Of a DNA stretch of 64,000 nt, positions 13,501 to 26,731 are shown piece after piece. The DNA is from Oikopleura dioica (taxonomy: Eukaryota > Animalia > Chordata). The position numbers and the translations under genes were made by a program. The stretch's first letter is position 1. Each line of letters opens with the position of its first letter. The stretch is from NCBI GenBank assembly GCA_907165135.1, contig OU015568.1:13516001-13580000 (forward strand), in the 5' to 3' direction. The notes below the pieces were generated by a model, which was not told where the DNA came from, did no database searches, and saw only the letters and a list, made by a program, of their open reading frames with translations.

Positions 13501-16500
13501 CTGAGCTCCCAGGTGAGCTCAAGTTCTCGGCTATCGCCATTGCTCGATGGATTTGCAACGCACTCGATAGTGCAGTCAGTGGCGTCGTTACAGTCAACAC
13601 TGATGACTTCACAAATATTAGCAGTGACAGCGATTGTTCTGCTGGAAACGAATCCTGATCCTTTGACGACAATTTTCGATCCTCCCTTAGGGGACAAAAA
13701 TCGGTTTTGACTCATATCATCAAGATTCACAGTGTTGATACTGGGCTCAAGTGTGATCTTAGTTGCCGTTGTTTTGAAAGCAGCACCTCTACCAGCTTGG
13801 ACAACGTTGAATTCAACGCTGGAACCAATTGGGTGAGGAAGACTATGAGCGACTTCAATGTCAAGATTATCTACATTTGTACCGACAACAGTGTAGCTGA
13901 GTTGATCTACGCACGATGGGCTTGTCTGGACAACTTCGTAGTTGTTAGCACACTCACCCGCAACAACTGGACTGTAATCCACAGAAATAGTTGTGTCTGT
14001 CTGGACAATGCTCGTCAAAGTTGGAGCCCAACCAGGACATAGAACGAAAGAGAGCTTGGTTGCCTCTGATGTGTCAATGAGAGTAACATCAGCAGCACCA
14101 TTGATTGGATCAACATAAGGAGTCGGATCACATCTGATCATTCGTTCTTGATTTGCCTTATCTTGCTGGTTCTGGAGTTTCTTGAATTTCTTACGATCTT
14201 TCTTACGCTGAGTCAAACCAGTGGTTGCTTCTTGTCCAGCAAGAGTGACGGTGACAGGAAGAACGAGCTTTTTGGGTGGAAGAACTGTGATAGTTCCTCG
14301 GAATTCAGCAGTTCCAGCAAAGCCATCGACGAATCCAGACGAGTACGAATAAGTTCCTGGGGCCATACTTGCAAAAAGGCTCACGAGCCCGAGATTACTC
14401 TGGACGGCTTCAGTTGAGAAACCCCCAGGAACATCAAAGCCTGTTGCGGCGTCAATTTCACGCATTTGGAAAGTAGGAACAGTTCCGTCAGCCAGAGAGA
14501 ATCCCCAGAGCCAAGTGATTTTAGCATACTGGTGAACTTCGATGTTTTGTGGGCTCCAAGAAGCAGTATCGAGCTCAAGAGTAACATCATATGCATCTAG
14601 ATAAGATGGCATGACACATTCGAACTCAGTAATGCCAACAGACTCAACAATACAGTCTTTGACCCCGAGCTTTACAGCAAGGTTATCAACAGTGGCACCT
14701 GCTAGACCACCAGCAGCGACTGTAATCTTGAGGTTTCCAAGGCCTGCAGGTGAAGCATTATCATTGTCCCATTCAGAAGAAGCAGATTCAAGAGCGAATC
14801 TGTAAGTTGCTGGAATAGCTTCTGTCAAACCAAAGATATCTGATCGAAGTTGAATATTGTAAATTCCAGCTGCCTTGACAGGAGTGATGAAGTCGTAGAA
14901 TTCGCCCACGGCAACAGTATCGATAATCTCGATGTCGTTTTCCTCGCTACCAGAGATGATGGCGACAAAATCAGTTCCTACATCATTTGTTCCTCCGATA
15001 AAAACAGACATTGTTTGTCCTCCAGCAACGGAAAGGATTCCAATGATTCCACTATTATCAGAAAGGGTTGCTGGAGCGGCATACATATAGCCGGTGCTTT
15101 CAAAGTTGTATGGCTCACTACCCCAACTGTTGATAGTGAAGGTTACTGGGTTAGCACCAGCGACAGATCGAATTATAACAGAAGTGCCGATCGTATCGAT
15201 AACCTCGCACGCAACACCGTTCATTTCTACAGAGTCGAGACCGCCAAGACCAACGCCGTCAATAGTGATGAGCTGTCCGCCAAGCTCAGATCCTCCGACA
15301 GGGAGAACAGAGGTGACTTCTGGGTTAACAACAAGGGATGTTGCTGTTCTGACTTTTCCGAAAGTAGTGCTACTTACATAGAGGGGAACATTTCCGCCAG
15401 GAAGAGAGAGGTCAGAAATGTCGCAAGTCGCAGACGAAGTGACAACAGATGAGAGAGTACATTTAACATGGCCGATGAAGATTTCCAAATTTGCGGTGTC
15501 GAGGTTTTCACCAGAAAGGATGAAAGTGGTAGCGCCATTGAAGGTAGCTGGGTTGATTGAAGAGATAGTTGGTGCATCAGCTGGATCAGCATATACAAAG
15601 TCGCAGCCAGTTCCTTCACAACTGTAAGGAATGCTCAGTTCGGTGTTGAATGCGCTCAACTTAGGAGTCTTTGTTCGCTGTCGGAAGTAGTTTCCAGGAA
15701 TAGACTGGAAGAAAATACCTCCATCTCGATGATCAGTGACAGTAGGAACGAGCTCAGGTCGGGAGAGACCTGTGTTAACAGCAACCGGAGTAGGGATGTC
15801 ATCACAACCATTGAATCGGAAGTCGTATTTGAAACCAGTGTTGCAATCTCCACTCTTTTTGATCCAAGAGAAAGTCTGACCGAATGCGCTTGAGAAGATG
15901 TTCTTGAAACCATTCGCATCAAGTGTGACATCAAATTCAGCCTTGCCAAGTGGTCCATAGTCTAGCTCGTAGTATCCGGTGACACCGGGACTAACTTTTT
16001 TATTCTCGTAAACTGTCACGGTAGTTACTCCATTGACAGTGTAGACTGTAGCGGGAACGGTGAGTCCATCAACGTTGACGACAGACGTAGACGAAGATGT
16101 AACTTCAAGACCGGCAAGAGAGACAATTTCGAAGTCGTTGAATTCATAACCACAGTTAGACTCAATCATTTCAACATTGAAGACACCATCGGTTTTAGAT
16201 TCCTTACGGAGTTGAGTGATCCAAATATTGGGATTGATAGCTTCTTCTCGACTTGTGACGGAGAAACTGTTGTCATTTCCAACTTTGAAGAAATCAACTT
16301 TGAACCACGAGTCACCTCGCAGCTCAACAGCGTGAAGTCGAATGTCAGGATTGATTTTGTTCATCAAATCTTCATCGTTGAGCTTTGTGTAGACGGATGT
16401 ATATATTTCCTGGCAGAAAAATGTCCAATCAACGCCATTTGGAGGCGCCATATCGTAGTCAAAAGTAAATGATCGTCTTGGGTCTTGTTCAGAAAGTGCA

Positions 16501-19220
16501 ATTTCAGGATCGAATAATCTCTCAGATTTGACGTTAGAGAGGTGGAGTCGAATTACACCTTGAGTTGAAGCTTTGTAAGCCATGCAGATGTCAGTTGCGT
16601 CACGCTGTAGATTCAAATCCTTGTTGTTCATGATTTGCCATCCGTTTCTCCAGTTGTACATAAAACCGCCCTCAAAAGCAGGACCGTGTGCTGAAGAATC
16701 TCCGTCAACTTCGTAAACTGGGTCAAAAGAACCGCTGGTCTCAATATGAGAGTCAAGAAGATCCTGAACAGAGCTTCGATAGGCACTTGCAGAGCTATCT
16801 CCCTTCATTGCTTTACGAGAAACTTTGCAGATTCCAGCGTCATTGCACCACTGAAGATTGAACTCCGTAGTTGAATCACCCTCAACTTTGACAGCGATGT
16901 TTTCTCGTTGTTCGTGTGAGATGAGTCGGATATCTTGTCGCTCGTCCATGCACGAACCGAAATCGCCTTTAGGATAAGGAATGTCGCCAGCAGTTTCTTC
17001 AAGATTGTAAGCCTCATTTGTTCCATGATAGACGAAACCGGCGAAGAAATATCCACCAGATCCGTGGTTAGAGTAAATGATTTCAATCGGATATTTTTCT
17101 CCTGCAGTGAGCTCAATTTTTTTCGACTTCTTGTAATTGCCATTGTTGTAGTCAGTACCAGCACAGCAGCTGCCTCTGAAAAGTTCTTCCATATTGCTGT
17201 GGTCTGAACCACAAGATGATGATCCCTCGGCAACTCCATCGAAGTAGATAGTGATTTTATCGTCAGCGGAGCCAGTGAATGTGAACCATCCCGAAAATGG
17301 CGGGACGAAGTAACCAGTGAATCGATGTGTGCTTTGCGACAAAGTCATTCCAGAGAACATAGATTTGCCATCAACGTATGATTGCATCGAGCTTTCGATA
17401 ACGTACTGTTTGATATCTGTGACGGAAGTTTCCCAGTTTCTCCAGCTATTGTCGCCCGGATTCATAGCGGAATTGGTCCATTCTGCGGTCAATCCTCGAG
17501 CACCTGGGAACCAAGAACCCATGCTTGCGCAGCTATCAACAGATGGTGTGGTGCAAACAAACTCGCCAGTCTCGTCGTTGAACGAGTTGAACGCGCATTC
17601 TTGATTACCAAGATTAACTTTTGTCGTGTTGCTCAATCCGTCTCCCTGGACTGTTATCAGTTGTCCACCGCCAGCACCACCAGATGCAGGCGTAACGGAA
17701 TTAATACCTCCATGTATCGTAAAGTCAAAAAGCTTATAGTCTGGGCTTGGACCCATGAAATAACCAGCCGTTCTGACACCTCCTCGGCCCTGGTCATATG
17801 TCACCGTTCGGAATCGTTGGTTACCGATAGCAGCATTAGGGTTTTTCGTACCAATATTACAGACAGCAACAGAGTCAGTGGCATAGGACTTGTGGAGCTC
17901 ATCAGTATCGGGATCTCTCCATGCGTAATCGCAGTTGGCGTATGAGTAGCCATATTCGTTGTTGAGAAGAGCAGGACCTCGAAGTCGGTTGCCTGATTCA
18001 ACTTCCTCACCATATCGACCAGTGTAAAGTTGGCCATTGATCTGAACACCCTTGTCGCAGAAATACCGAACTTCGTAGTCCAAGCAGTTGAATTGAGATT
18101 CTTCTGAGCTGTGCTGATCCTCGCCGACGCACTGGAAACCAACGTAAGGGTTGTAGTGCCGGAAAACTTGATCTGTCTTTTGAGCAAGCTCGCCAGTATC
18201 AACACGTCTAGCCTGGATACCTATCGGGCTCTGGCACATATCTCCCTCTCCAAGAAGAAAATCCTGGAAATATCGGTTGCCTGCCCACTCATCGTCGTTT
18301 ACACCAGACGAGAGGGATCGCCAACTGGTCCAGTATGAGCTTCGGAAAGGATTCATGGCATTAACAGACATCCAGTTTACGATGGGTGTTCTGTCGTTGT
18401 ATCGTCGCAAAAGCTTCGTACCGACTTTCTCGTAAGCGCCATTACTCAAATAATAGAGTTCAACGTCGGTATCAGCGGCTTCTCGTCCTTCCCACTCGGG
18501 AACCTCGACTTCCATCAAGTTGTCTCGGTGTTTGTGCTCAATGAGAATACCTTCTTTAACCTCTTGTCCATTTCTAGGGATGAAGATGACTTTGTACCCA
18601 GTTCCACCCTCGTCGCCTTCAAAACTGTACGCAGCATTCGTGCCGAAACCACTTCCTTGGATGCTCAAGATGCCACCACCATGAACGGAAACTCGATCGG
18701 GATTGATTGAGTTGAAGACGGGGCCACTATTTCGGCTGATTTTTGAGTAATCAGTGTCTTCGTAGCTTCCAGCGATGAGGAGACAGTTTTCTTCATCTCT
18801 ACAGATATCTCGTCCCTGAGCAACGTAGTACGAGCCCTCCGGAAGATAAGCATAGCAAGTGATTTCCGTCTTGAATCGCTCAGGAGCATCAATAGTGTGT
18901 GTCATGCCTCTCTGAACAGCCCATGCTCGCTCTCGCTTGGTTGGAAGAATCAAACCAGCCGGTTGAATCAAGCCTCCTTCATAGTGGCATGGGATGAAGC
19001 GTTCGGAATCTGCGTCAACAGGAACGAGGTTGAACGAGGAAGATCCTCCTTTGAAGTTTCCTTGGATTTTGATCTCATATTTATTTGCCTTCTCAGAGAC
19101 GAATTCTGCATTGTCTATAGCCGCCCTAGGAAATTTTTAAATTTTCTCTTCTCTATAGATCTCTTTTTACCTCGATAAGGCGAGCAACCGAAAAGCCAAA
19201 AAGGGAGACAACGTCCCCAT
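4554..19220 (-). CDS. PKHD1L1: Giant secreted fibrocystin-L (PKHD1L1)-like protein, ~4,829 aa: IPT/TIG repeats, WxxW, PA14-like, cupredoxin-like, 2x G8, PbH1 repeats, Thr-rich linker, LRR
   Basis: Exons 19220-19171, 19125-5786, 5742-5651, 5607-5475, 5428-4554 join in frame through GT-AG introns of 43-46 nt (14,490 nt total). Signal-like MGTLSPFLAFRLLALSRA; repeated TIG motifs (P.SGS..GG..LTI.G.GF); G8 motifs (TWG..KPVAGDIVVVSTGQTLLLD; RWSVPECW..PEPGSNVTI); LRRs (QLDISGNP, TLDISNNKI). The symbol denotes family, not strict orthology. Confidence 0.9.
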
Positions 19221-19597
19221 AATGGCCAAGGAAAGACTACGGTCTCAGAATGGACTCGCGCTTTTATTGAGCAGATAAGATAACCCCAGGTGAGCAGCTT
19301 GTTTTACATTTAATTTTTGGAAAACGCATCTGACTTCGACGCATGTAACAACCGGCCCTGGCGACTCTTCGAATCTTCGAGCAACCATAATTTGATGATA
19401 ATTTATCATTCGTTAATAATGGATATTTCAGGGTTCGAAAAATTTATTTTTTCCCCAACCTACTACAAGTAGACCCGCCAGAAAAAAATCACACTTCAAG
19501 TTGTAGGAAGGCGCGCCGTACCAATTTCATCTTTTACCATCATTCATACTTGCTGGGGGAAAGCACAGGAACGGGATTCGGAAGGAATTTAATTCAA

Positions 19598-20717
19598 ATG
19601 TCAAAAAAGATGAACGTCAAAACAAGTATCCTCATAAACGCGATGTTCTTCGTTTTATTATCAGAAAAGACTCTTCCCCTTGCTATGGATATCGAAGAAA
19701 TAATAGAGGCTACTAAAATTAGAAGTCAGCCACAAGTTCAGGTAACTTCAATAAATTCCACTTTTGTATTTTTTCGCTTGACAAACAAGTTCATTATCGA
19801 ATTAAAGTGTTTGGATTGCAACTGTATTGGCGTTCTAAAGCAGAAAAACGGAAAAGTCTACCTGTCATCAGAGGATACAAGTTTACCGGTTGACGTCCAA
19901 CAAAGTTATTCAAAAAAGAGTGTACCATGGAAGAAAAGGTTCACGCACAAAGTGAGTTTGGCCAAACATGGATTTTCGACAGACCAACAAATGCGATCAT
20001 ATCTTTCAATCGGTTCTATTTTTTGGATTACAGTCATGGTTGTTGGTAAGTTATTTCCTGTTATCGACTGTTTTCTATAAATATTTTCAGCAAATTGGTA
20101 CTCTTTGAAAGAATCACGAGCCGTGACAACCTTTTTGACATTCACGTGCAATCGAAATTATAAAAAATGCCTTCGAATTGAAACGATGGACTACTGCGGA
20201 CATTTGATGAAGCAATGTTTTGTTACTGAAGAATTCAATCTTCCAGAACCTATTTCTAAAATTCAAGCGGAAGAAAAAGAAGTCATTTTTTTCTCCGAAG
20301 ATGAAAACAAGGTTAATCTCCGCCGCTGCCAGAAGAACCAGTTTTACGATAAAAAAATCTGTCGCCATCTTTGTTCTAACACCCTCGTATTGGAGACAAC
20401 AAGGAGAGACCCGATTTCACCCTGTGAGTCAATTTGCTTCCAGCTGACTAGATCTTTTGATTCTGCTGGAGAAGTGTGCCCGACACAGAAATACTGTTTA
20501 AATGGATGTCCCTGCCCTTATTACGAATGCGAAAAATTCGAAAAGCGCCAGAAAATGGTCCCCGCCTTCGATTTACAGAAGAGTTCGAAGGAGACCAGAA
20601 TATCAGATGTAATTCAGTCAAACGGATATGTTAAGATTCTTGTTGGTCGATGGGAAGAGCGAAATGTATAAAAAGTTTATTTCTCTTCAGGAATACATGT
20701 CTTCAAAAAAGCAATGA
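19598..20717 (+). CDS. Uncharacterised Cys-rich, probably secreted protein (3' end uncertain)
   Basis: ORFs 19550-20080 and 20105-20671 join via GT-AG introns; hydrophobic N-terminus; motif CPTQKYCLNGCPCPYYEC, which I recall from an expanded larvacean family. Confidence 0.6.
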
Positions 20718-21098
20718 GATTTTTCTATCTCTTCTTTTCTTTAGCCCAGCAAAGTTCATCTTCGTTCCTGAATAAAGAATCGGGCTTTATGAAGGAGCCA
20801 CATTTATCTGACCTGGAATGTATTTCTTCGGATCAGTGATATACTCATCAAAAGTCTCTTCTGTCCAGGTCACCTTTGCTCCCTTATTAGCATCGGAATA
20901 CTTGAAGTCGGGTACTGTTCCTGATTGTCGCCCGAAAAGACCAGCTTTTATAAGTTCGAAAAATATACTAACTTTGGTTATTTCCGATTCATTTCGAACA
21001 TCTCCTAACGATGGGCCCTGGTTATTCTTTCCTGGCTCATATGAGTGACATTGCTTGCATTTTTGAATAAAAAGCTTCTTCCCTTTTTTCTCGCTCAT
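20677..21098 (-). CDS. CYCS: Cytochrome c (divergent; apparent 1-nt frameshift near the C-terminus)
   Basis: MSEKKGKKLFIQKCKQCH (CxxCH), GLFGRQSG, PKKYIPG|TKMNFAGLKK (Met80 ligand), and NLIAFLK in a shifted frame; introns 20945-21004 and 20768-20812. Confidence 0.92.
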
Positions 21099-21927
21099 TT
21101 TAAAAATATAATCAAAATTACTTCCGCCCAGATGAAAGAAATAAGTCACTGATGCACATCATCATAAAATCATTGCAAAAATATGGAATGAAATTTTGCA
21201 GGACAAAGTGAGATTATTGCTTTGTGATTCGGATCATAGCCGGTAATTTCCGCTCTTTAGAGACGATCTCACAGTTCTAAAAGGTCATAAACAGCGCTGA
21301 TAAACATCATTCTAAGCTGCTCCCGCGAAAGAAAGTGATTTTCAGGACTTCTTGAATACCCTAACAGGGATTTTGAATCGCGATCCCAAGTTTTTAGTGA
21401 AAAAAAACGATCTCGAAAACAAACCCTTTATTTTTGATTCCTGGTTATAATATTATAAGAATTATTACTAAATTAATAATTATAAGATAAACTCAGAATG
21501 ACGAATAAAACATTCGAATTCAATAGATTCGTATTATTTTATTGATCTGATAATTTCTATTAATTATTATTTAGTAACTATTCAAATATATTATATTGAG
21601 ACTTTTTCGTCGTTTTAGATAGACCAAAATATATAATTTTTATTGTCAAATTCCAACCAGTACGATGAGTAATATTTGTGTAAGTATATTTTGTGTAAGT
21701 GAGCGCGCTTATCAGTATCTAAAGGGTCCTCCGGGCTGATGGGAAGGTATTTGTTGAGGTACGTTTGTTACTACGGCGGTGGTGCCCAATGGCGCTGGCG
21801 AGTTCTACTACATGCTCCAATAGTAAAAATGCGCGATGCTCGCTCCGGTGCCCCGCGGCCCAGCGCCACCAGAAGAATAGGAAAGAAAAAGACAAATAGC
21901 TCGGATCCTCAGTATATTCGGCAAAGA

Positions 21928-24062
21928 ATGTCGGGCAAACTCGAGTCTCAGAACTCGTACTCGAGCTTTAAAACAGAATCAGAAGTTAGCCACTCTGTAA
22001 CGGCCAGTTCTGCTTACCCAGAGACAACTTTCACAAGGTATCGATAAAGAGAATCAACCAAGAAATCGACAATTCAAATCAGAAGAGAATATTTGGTAAA
22101 AATCTTTTTCTCATACTTTATTTAGCAACACTTACCACCAAGGCCTCCTGCGAGGATTTGACGAGCTCCGAAACGACGCTCATCTTTGTGATGTTACCCT
22201 TATCGCTGGAAACTCGAAATTCCCAGTACACCGAACTCTGCTAGCCGCATGCTCTCCTTATTTCCGAAGTATGTTCACTAAAGACGCTCAATCCAGCACC
22301 ATTTGTCGATCGGAAGGATCAAAGTACACCTGGTTCTCCGAGAGCATTGAGCTCCGAGGCATCAGCTCGGAAGGTCTTCGTCATATCGTCGAGTTTATAT
22401 ACACTGGACGCATCCCGATCTCAATGAGCACAGTGCAGAATATCCTCGCTGTTTCGCGGCACATGCAGATTCAGGCTGTATTGGATTTCTGCATGGAATT
22501 CTTAATCTCTGCGATTGATGTCAACACTTGCGTCGACATCATCCACATCGCCGAAGTCTTCGGAATGCCTCAACTTGAGGACAAAGCGACATCGTTTATG
22601 CTCGACCGATTCCCCGATTTCATGAAATCATCTCAGCTCCAAAAACTTACTTTCGACAATATGGCCGCTCTCCTTGAATCTAACGATTTGAAAGCAATGT
22701 CAGAAATGGATGTTTTCGCAGCAACGCTGAAATGGATAATGTACGACCCAGCGCGACAGCAGTACATTAGAAAACTCATGGAGCGCATTCGCTTTCCACT
22801 TATGCCACCACGAGATTTGATGGTTCACGTCAACGTCGTTGACTTCATGCGAACAAAATGCAATGATTTGCTTCTTGAAGCTTCCTCCTATCACATGCTG
22901 CCCCACTCTCAGGTAATTCCATGTTTTAAAGCCCATGCTTATTCTCCATGAAGCCAATTGTTCCATCTTCGCGTACCAGAGTACGATCGAATGATTCTAG
23001 GCTAGTTGTTGTTGGTGGTGCGGATAACACTGATGAGGTTTCAAATCAGCTCAAAGGTACCGCGTTAGCTCATTCGATGTATTAATCTTCTTCAGTTTTC
23101 AACAAGGAACTTACGGCCTACACTCTTCTCCCGTCAATGGAAACCGGTGTTCATTCTCATGCAGTCGCAGTCCTCAACAACTTCCTCTATATTCTCGGCG
23201 GTCAAAATCACTTCGAAGAGCGCGGTAAAACTGCTGTCGCTACTGTTGCCCGCTACGATCCCCGCTTCAATACTTGGATGAAGATCGCTTCAATGAACGA
23301 AAGAAGAGCTGGTTTTCATGTCTCAGCCGTGTCCGCGTATAATCGACTTTATGCAGTTGGCGGTGTCAATTCAGTTGGCCGTCTTTCATCAGTAGAATGT
23401 TATTGCGTCGAAGAAGATAGATGGAAGTATGTTGCTTCGACGCAACATGCTATTTGTGATCATGCTGGAGCTGTTCATAGAGATAAGGTTTGTTGACTCA
23501 GAATAAACATAATTTAACATGATCAAGATGTACATCTCTGGAGGTTTCACAGATGGTCACTTCTCGGACGCTATGCTCTGCTACAACCCAAAGCACGATA
23601 TTTGGGAGCGCAGAACTCCTATGCAGCATCCTCGAGGATGGCATCAAATGGTCACTATCAAAGGTATTATTCCTGGAGTTTTATAAAGCTAAGCCTTTTT
23701 AGATCGCGTCTTCGTTATTGGTGGAAACTCTGGCATCAACAAGCGTATTGATGTGATCGAAACTGAAGTTTACTCGCCCGACTTCGATCAGTGGACAATT
23801 GTTGCTCCTCTGACAATGGGCCAGTCTGAAGCAGGAGCTTGCTTGGTGAACGACAGAATTTTCATCGTCGGTGGTTATTGCTGGTCTGCCAGACGATGTA
23901 TCAAAGTCATCCAGGTTAGAACCTTTCATCATACAAATTCGTCAAATTTTGTAGACATACGACTCGGAGAACGACACATGGGAGCGCGTAGGAAACCTTC
24001 CTCGTGGCCTTGCTGGTCTTCGACTTTGCACTCTTACACTTCCTCATCATCTCATCCGATAA
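21928..24062 (+). CDS. KLHL9/13: Kelch-like BTB-BACK-Kelch protein, KLHL9/KLHL13 type
   Basis: BTB (LCDVTLIAG..FPVHRTLLAACSPYFRSMFT), BACK (IRFPLM, LLLEASSYHMLP), Kelch repeats (GKTAVATVARYDPRFNTW, LYAVGG, VYSPDFDQWT); six GT-AG introns; stop 24060-24062. Confidence 0.88.
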
Positions 24063-24229
24063 GCAACATAATATTACACAATCATTTACTTCGCACTTTT
24101 TCTTCTCAAAAATCACCAATCACTATTTGTAAAAACTCTCCTCATTTTACAGAAATGAAAACGAACACAAAAAGAATAAAGCTTCATTAAAAATGTCAAT
24201 CATTTTTATTGTTAAAACTACAAAATACT

Positions 24230-26731
24230 TTACAAGTCTGTTGTTTCATCATTCAAGTCAAAAGCACTTGGTTTTTTCTCCGGATCGTTTTCTTCTAGAG
24301 CCGTTTTTTCGAAGTCATCGAATGCATCGTTATCATCGCCTTTGTAGACATTCTCAGAGAATTGACCTTCGGGGACATATTCGTAGTAGAATATCGAGAT
24401 CAGGATGAAAATAATGGCTGCAGCAAATACCAAGGCAGCAAAAACGAAGTATTCAGTTGACTTAATCTTTGAGAAAGAAATCGTGTGATTAGAGTACCTG
24501 TAAATCAGTAAAATCAATGGACACAATAAAGATATCAATAATATTGCCAAAGCAAACGGTCAAGAGCCAAAATGACTGAAGCACAGATTTCATTGACGGA
24601 GGAGCTTGAGTGTAAGCAAATTCCAAGCCAGTTACACTGATCAGAACTTCAGCAATGGTGATGACGGCGAATTGAGGGATGAGTGCAAGGAGGCTTACTT
24701 TATTTTCCGTGTTGTCTCTGAAAAATGTCAACTGGCACTCGTCTTTTTCATTGCGGAAAAGAACGATACTCCAGATAGAGCCAGTCGCAAAGAACTCCTT
24801 ATATTTATCAGCTGGCTCAATTATTTTGCATCCTGGAGATGATACTTTGAAGATGTATTCTCCTTGAAGCGTTTCTTGAGTTTTGTAGCTCTGTGTCGTA
24901 TTTTTAGCGCTCAACGCGATTTGTGTCCAATCGTCCTTGTTCGTTTTCAGGAAGGAAAATGTAGCGTCGTATTTTGTTGGATTGATGAAATCGAAAATGA
25001 CTTTTCCATCTTGTGATTTGTCTTTAGAAGCAATCCAGTCAAATTGATCATTGTTTAGTGGAAGACGATGATGATTTATTTGCCCTTTCTCGTTCGTGAC
25101 ATCGTATTTCATCCAGGTCTTATTATCAAACGAATATTCTGTTTCTGTCAAAAACGTATCCGCATCACTGGCAGCTTCAAGAATTATTTCCTCTGTTAAA
25201 CTTCTTCCCATAGCTTCAATTTCCCATGTTGTTTTGCGTCCTTCAGAATCTCTTCCTTTCACAAAAATCGGATCAGATTCGAGTGGATTGTAAAAAACGG
25301 TGGAGTATTGATAAGACTTCGGCACGACAGTAAGTTCTTTTTCGATGGCAATTTGAACAAAGCCAGAGATCAGGAAAGCAACGGAAGAAATGACCATTCC
25401 CAGCGACATTTTCCGAAGATCAGTGACTCGACAACAGCTTCGATCGATGCAAGGGTAAATAAGCTAAACGCTAGAATTGTTACCTACTGTTTAAACTGAA
25501 CCTGAAAAATAGGAATGAGAATTAGGATGAGAATCGGGTTGATCATCTGAGCATGATCAGGAAACATGTAAGCATCTGTATCGTCGCCGAAGATATAGCC
25601 GTTACATTGAGCAGCAGTGAGCGTCCATCTAAAATAATTTGATTGAAAGCTTGAAGAAGAAAACACACCTTGAGCCCTGCATATCAAACAGAGCCCAGAA
25701 AAACGGAAGAGGCAAGAACACAACAGCAATCGGATAGACAAATTTAGCATCTTCGACTTTTCGATCAGACCATCTTGGATTTCCTCGTGCAAAATCAAGC
25801 CAATGCTCTGACGATTTTTTCTCATCCCTTGAAGCTAGAATGATTTATTTTCATCATGAATGTCTAAAGGAAATGACTTACCTTTGCATCTCCCTCTAAT
25901 TGCATTCCAACTTATAGCGCAGAACTCATAAAATACGTTTCCCTGAGGCTCACGGATTTTGTACTGTTTTCGACCGATCATAAAGAGGATGATCGAAACA
26001 ACCATGAGTCCAGCTAGAACAACTACGTAAGAAAAGCAAGTCAATTCCCCAAACCTGGAAGCATGAAAGCTGCAAAATAGCAGTCTTCTCTGTCGAAGCA
26101 GCTAGCTTTTTCACGCAAAAGGGGCGAAACAAATGTCGAAACAAGGGAACCAGCATTGATGGCGAAGTAGAAAAATGAGAAAAACGCTGAAAGAGACTCT
26201 TCCTCCCCTTCTTCAAATTGATCACCGCCAAAAGCACTGACGCATGGCTTGATTCCTCCGGTTCCAATGGCAATCAGTGTTAGCCCGATGATATGCATTG
26301 TCACATGAGCGACGTTGTCCGAAAGGGTTTCCCCGTAACCGCCAAGACTTGAAATGTTCATATTTTTTATGATAGCGAAATTAAAACTTACTCTGGAATC
26401 GCAGAAATTGCATTCAAAATCATCCCAGCTGTGTAAACAACAGAAAGATAAAGAATCGTTTTATACTTTCCAAGCCACGAATCCGCCATAATTCCACCGA
26501 TGAGCGGGAAAAAATAGCAAAGCGCAATGAAGGTATGATAAATAATCGTGGCAATGTCCTTGTCGAATTTCAGAAAGATCGTCAAGTACAAGATGAGCAC
26601 AGTGTGCATCCCGTAGAAAGAGAAGCGCTCGCAGAACTCATTTCCAATGATGTAGTAAAGATTCGATGGAAACGAGATCTTTGACTTTTTCTTTTCGACC
26701 GAACTAGCATCATCGATGCTTAGCTGGTCGT
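24230..26731 (-). CDS. SLC15A: SLC15 (PepT1/PepT2-like) proton-coupled oligopeptide transporter (start codon not located)
   Basis: NEFCERFSFYGM, ADSWLGKYKTI, IGTGGIKPCVSAFGGDQF, FYFAINAGS, EVLISVTGLEFAYTQAPPSMKS motifs. Confidence 0.93.

Noticed and set aside
21420-21710. Very AT-rich stretch with a short direct repeat (tttgtgtaagt x2)
   Set aside because: Ordinary intergenic/promoter DNA between divergent genes; no element structure
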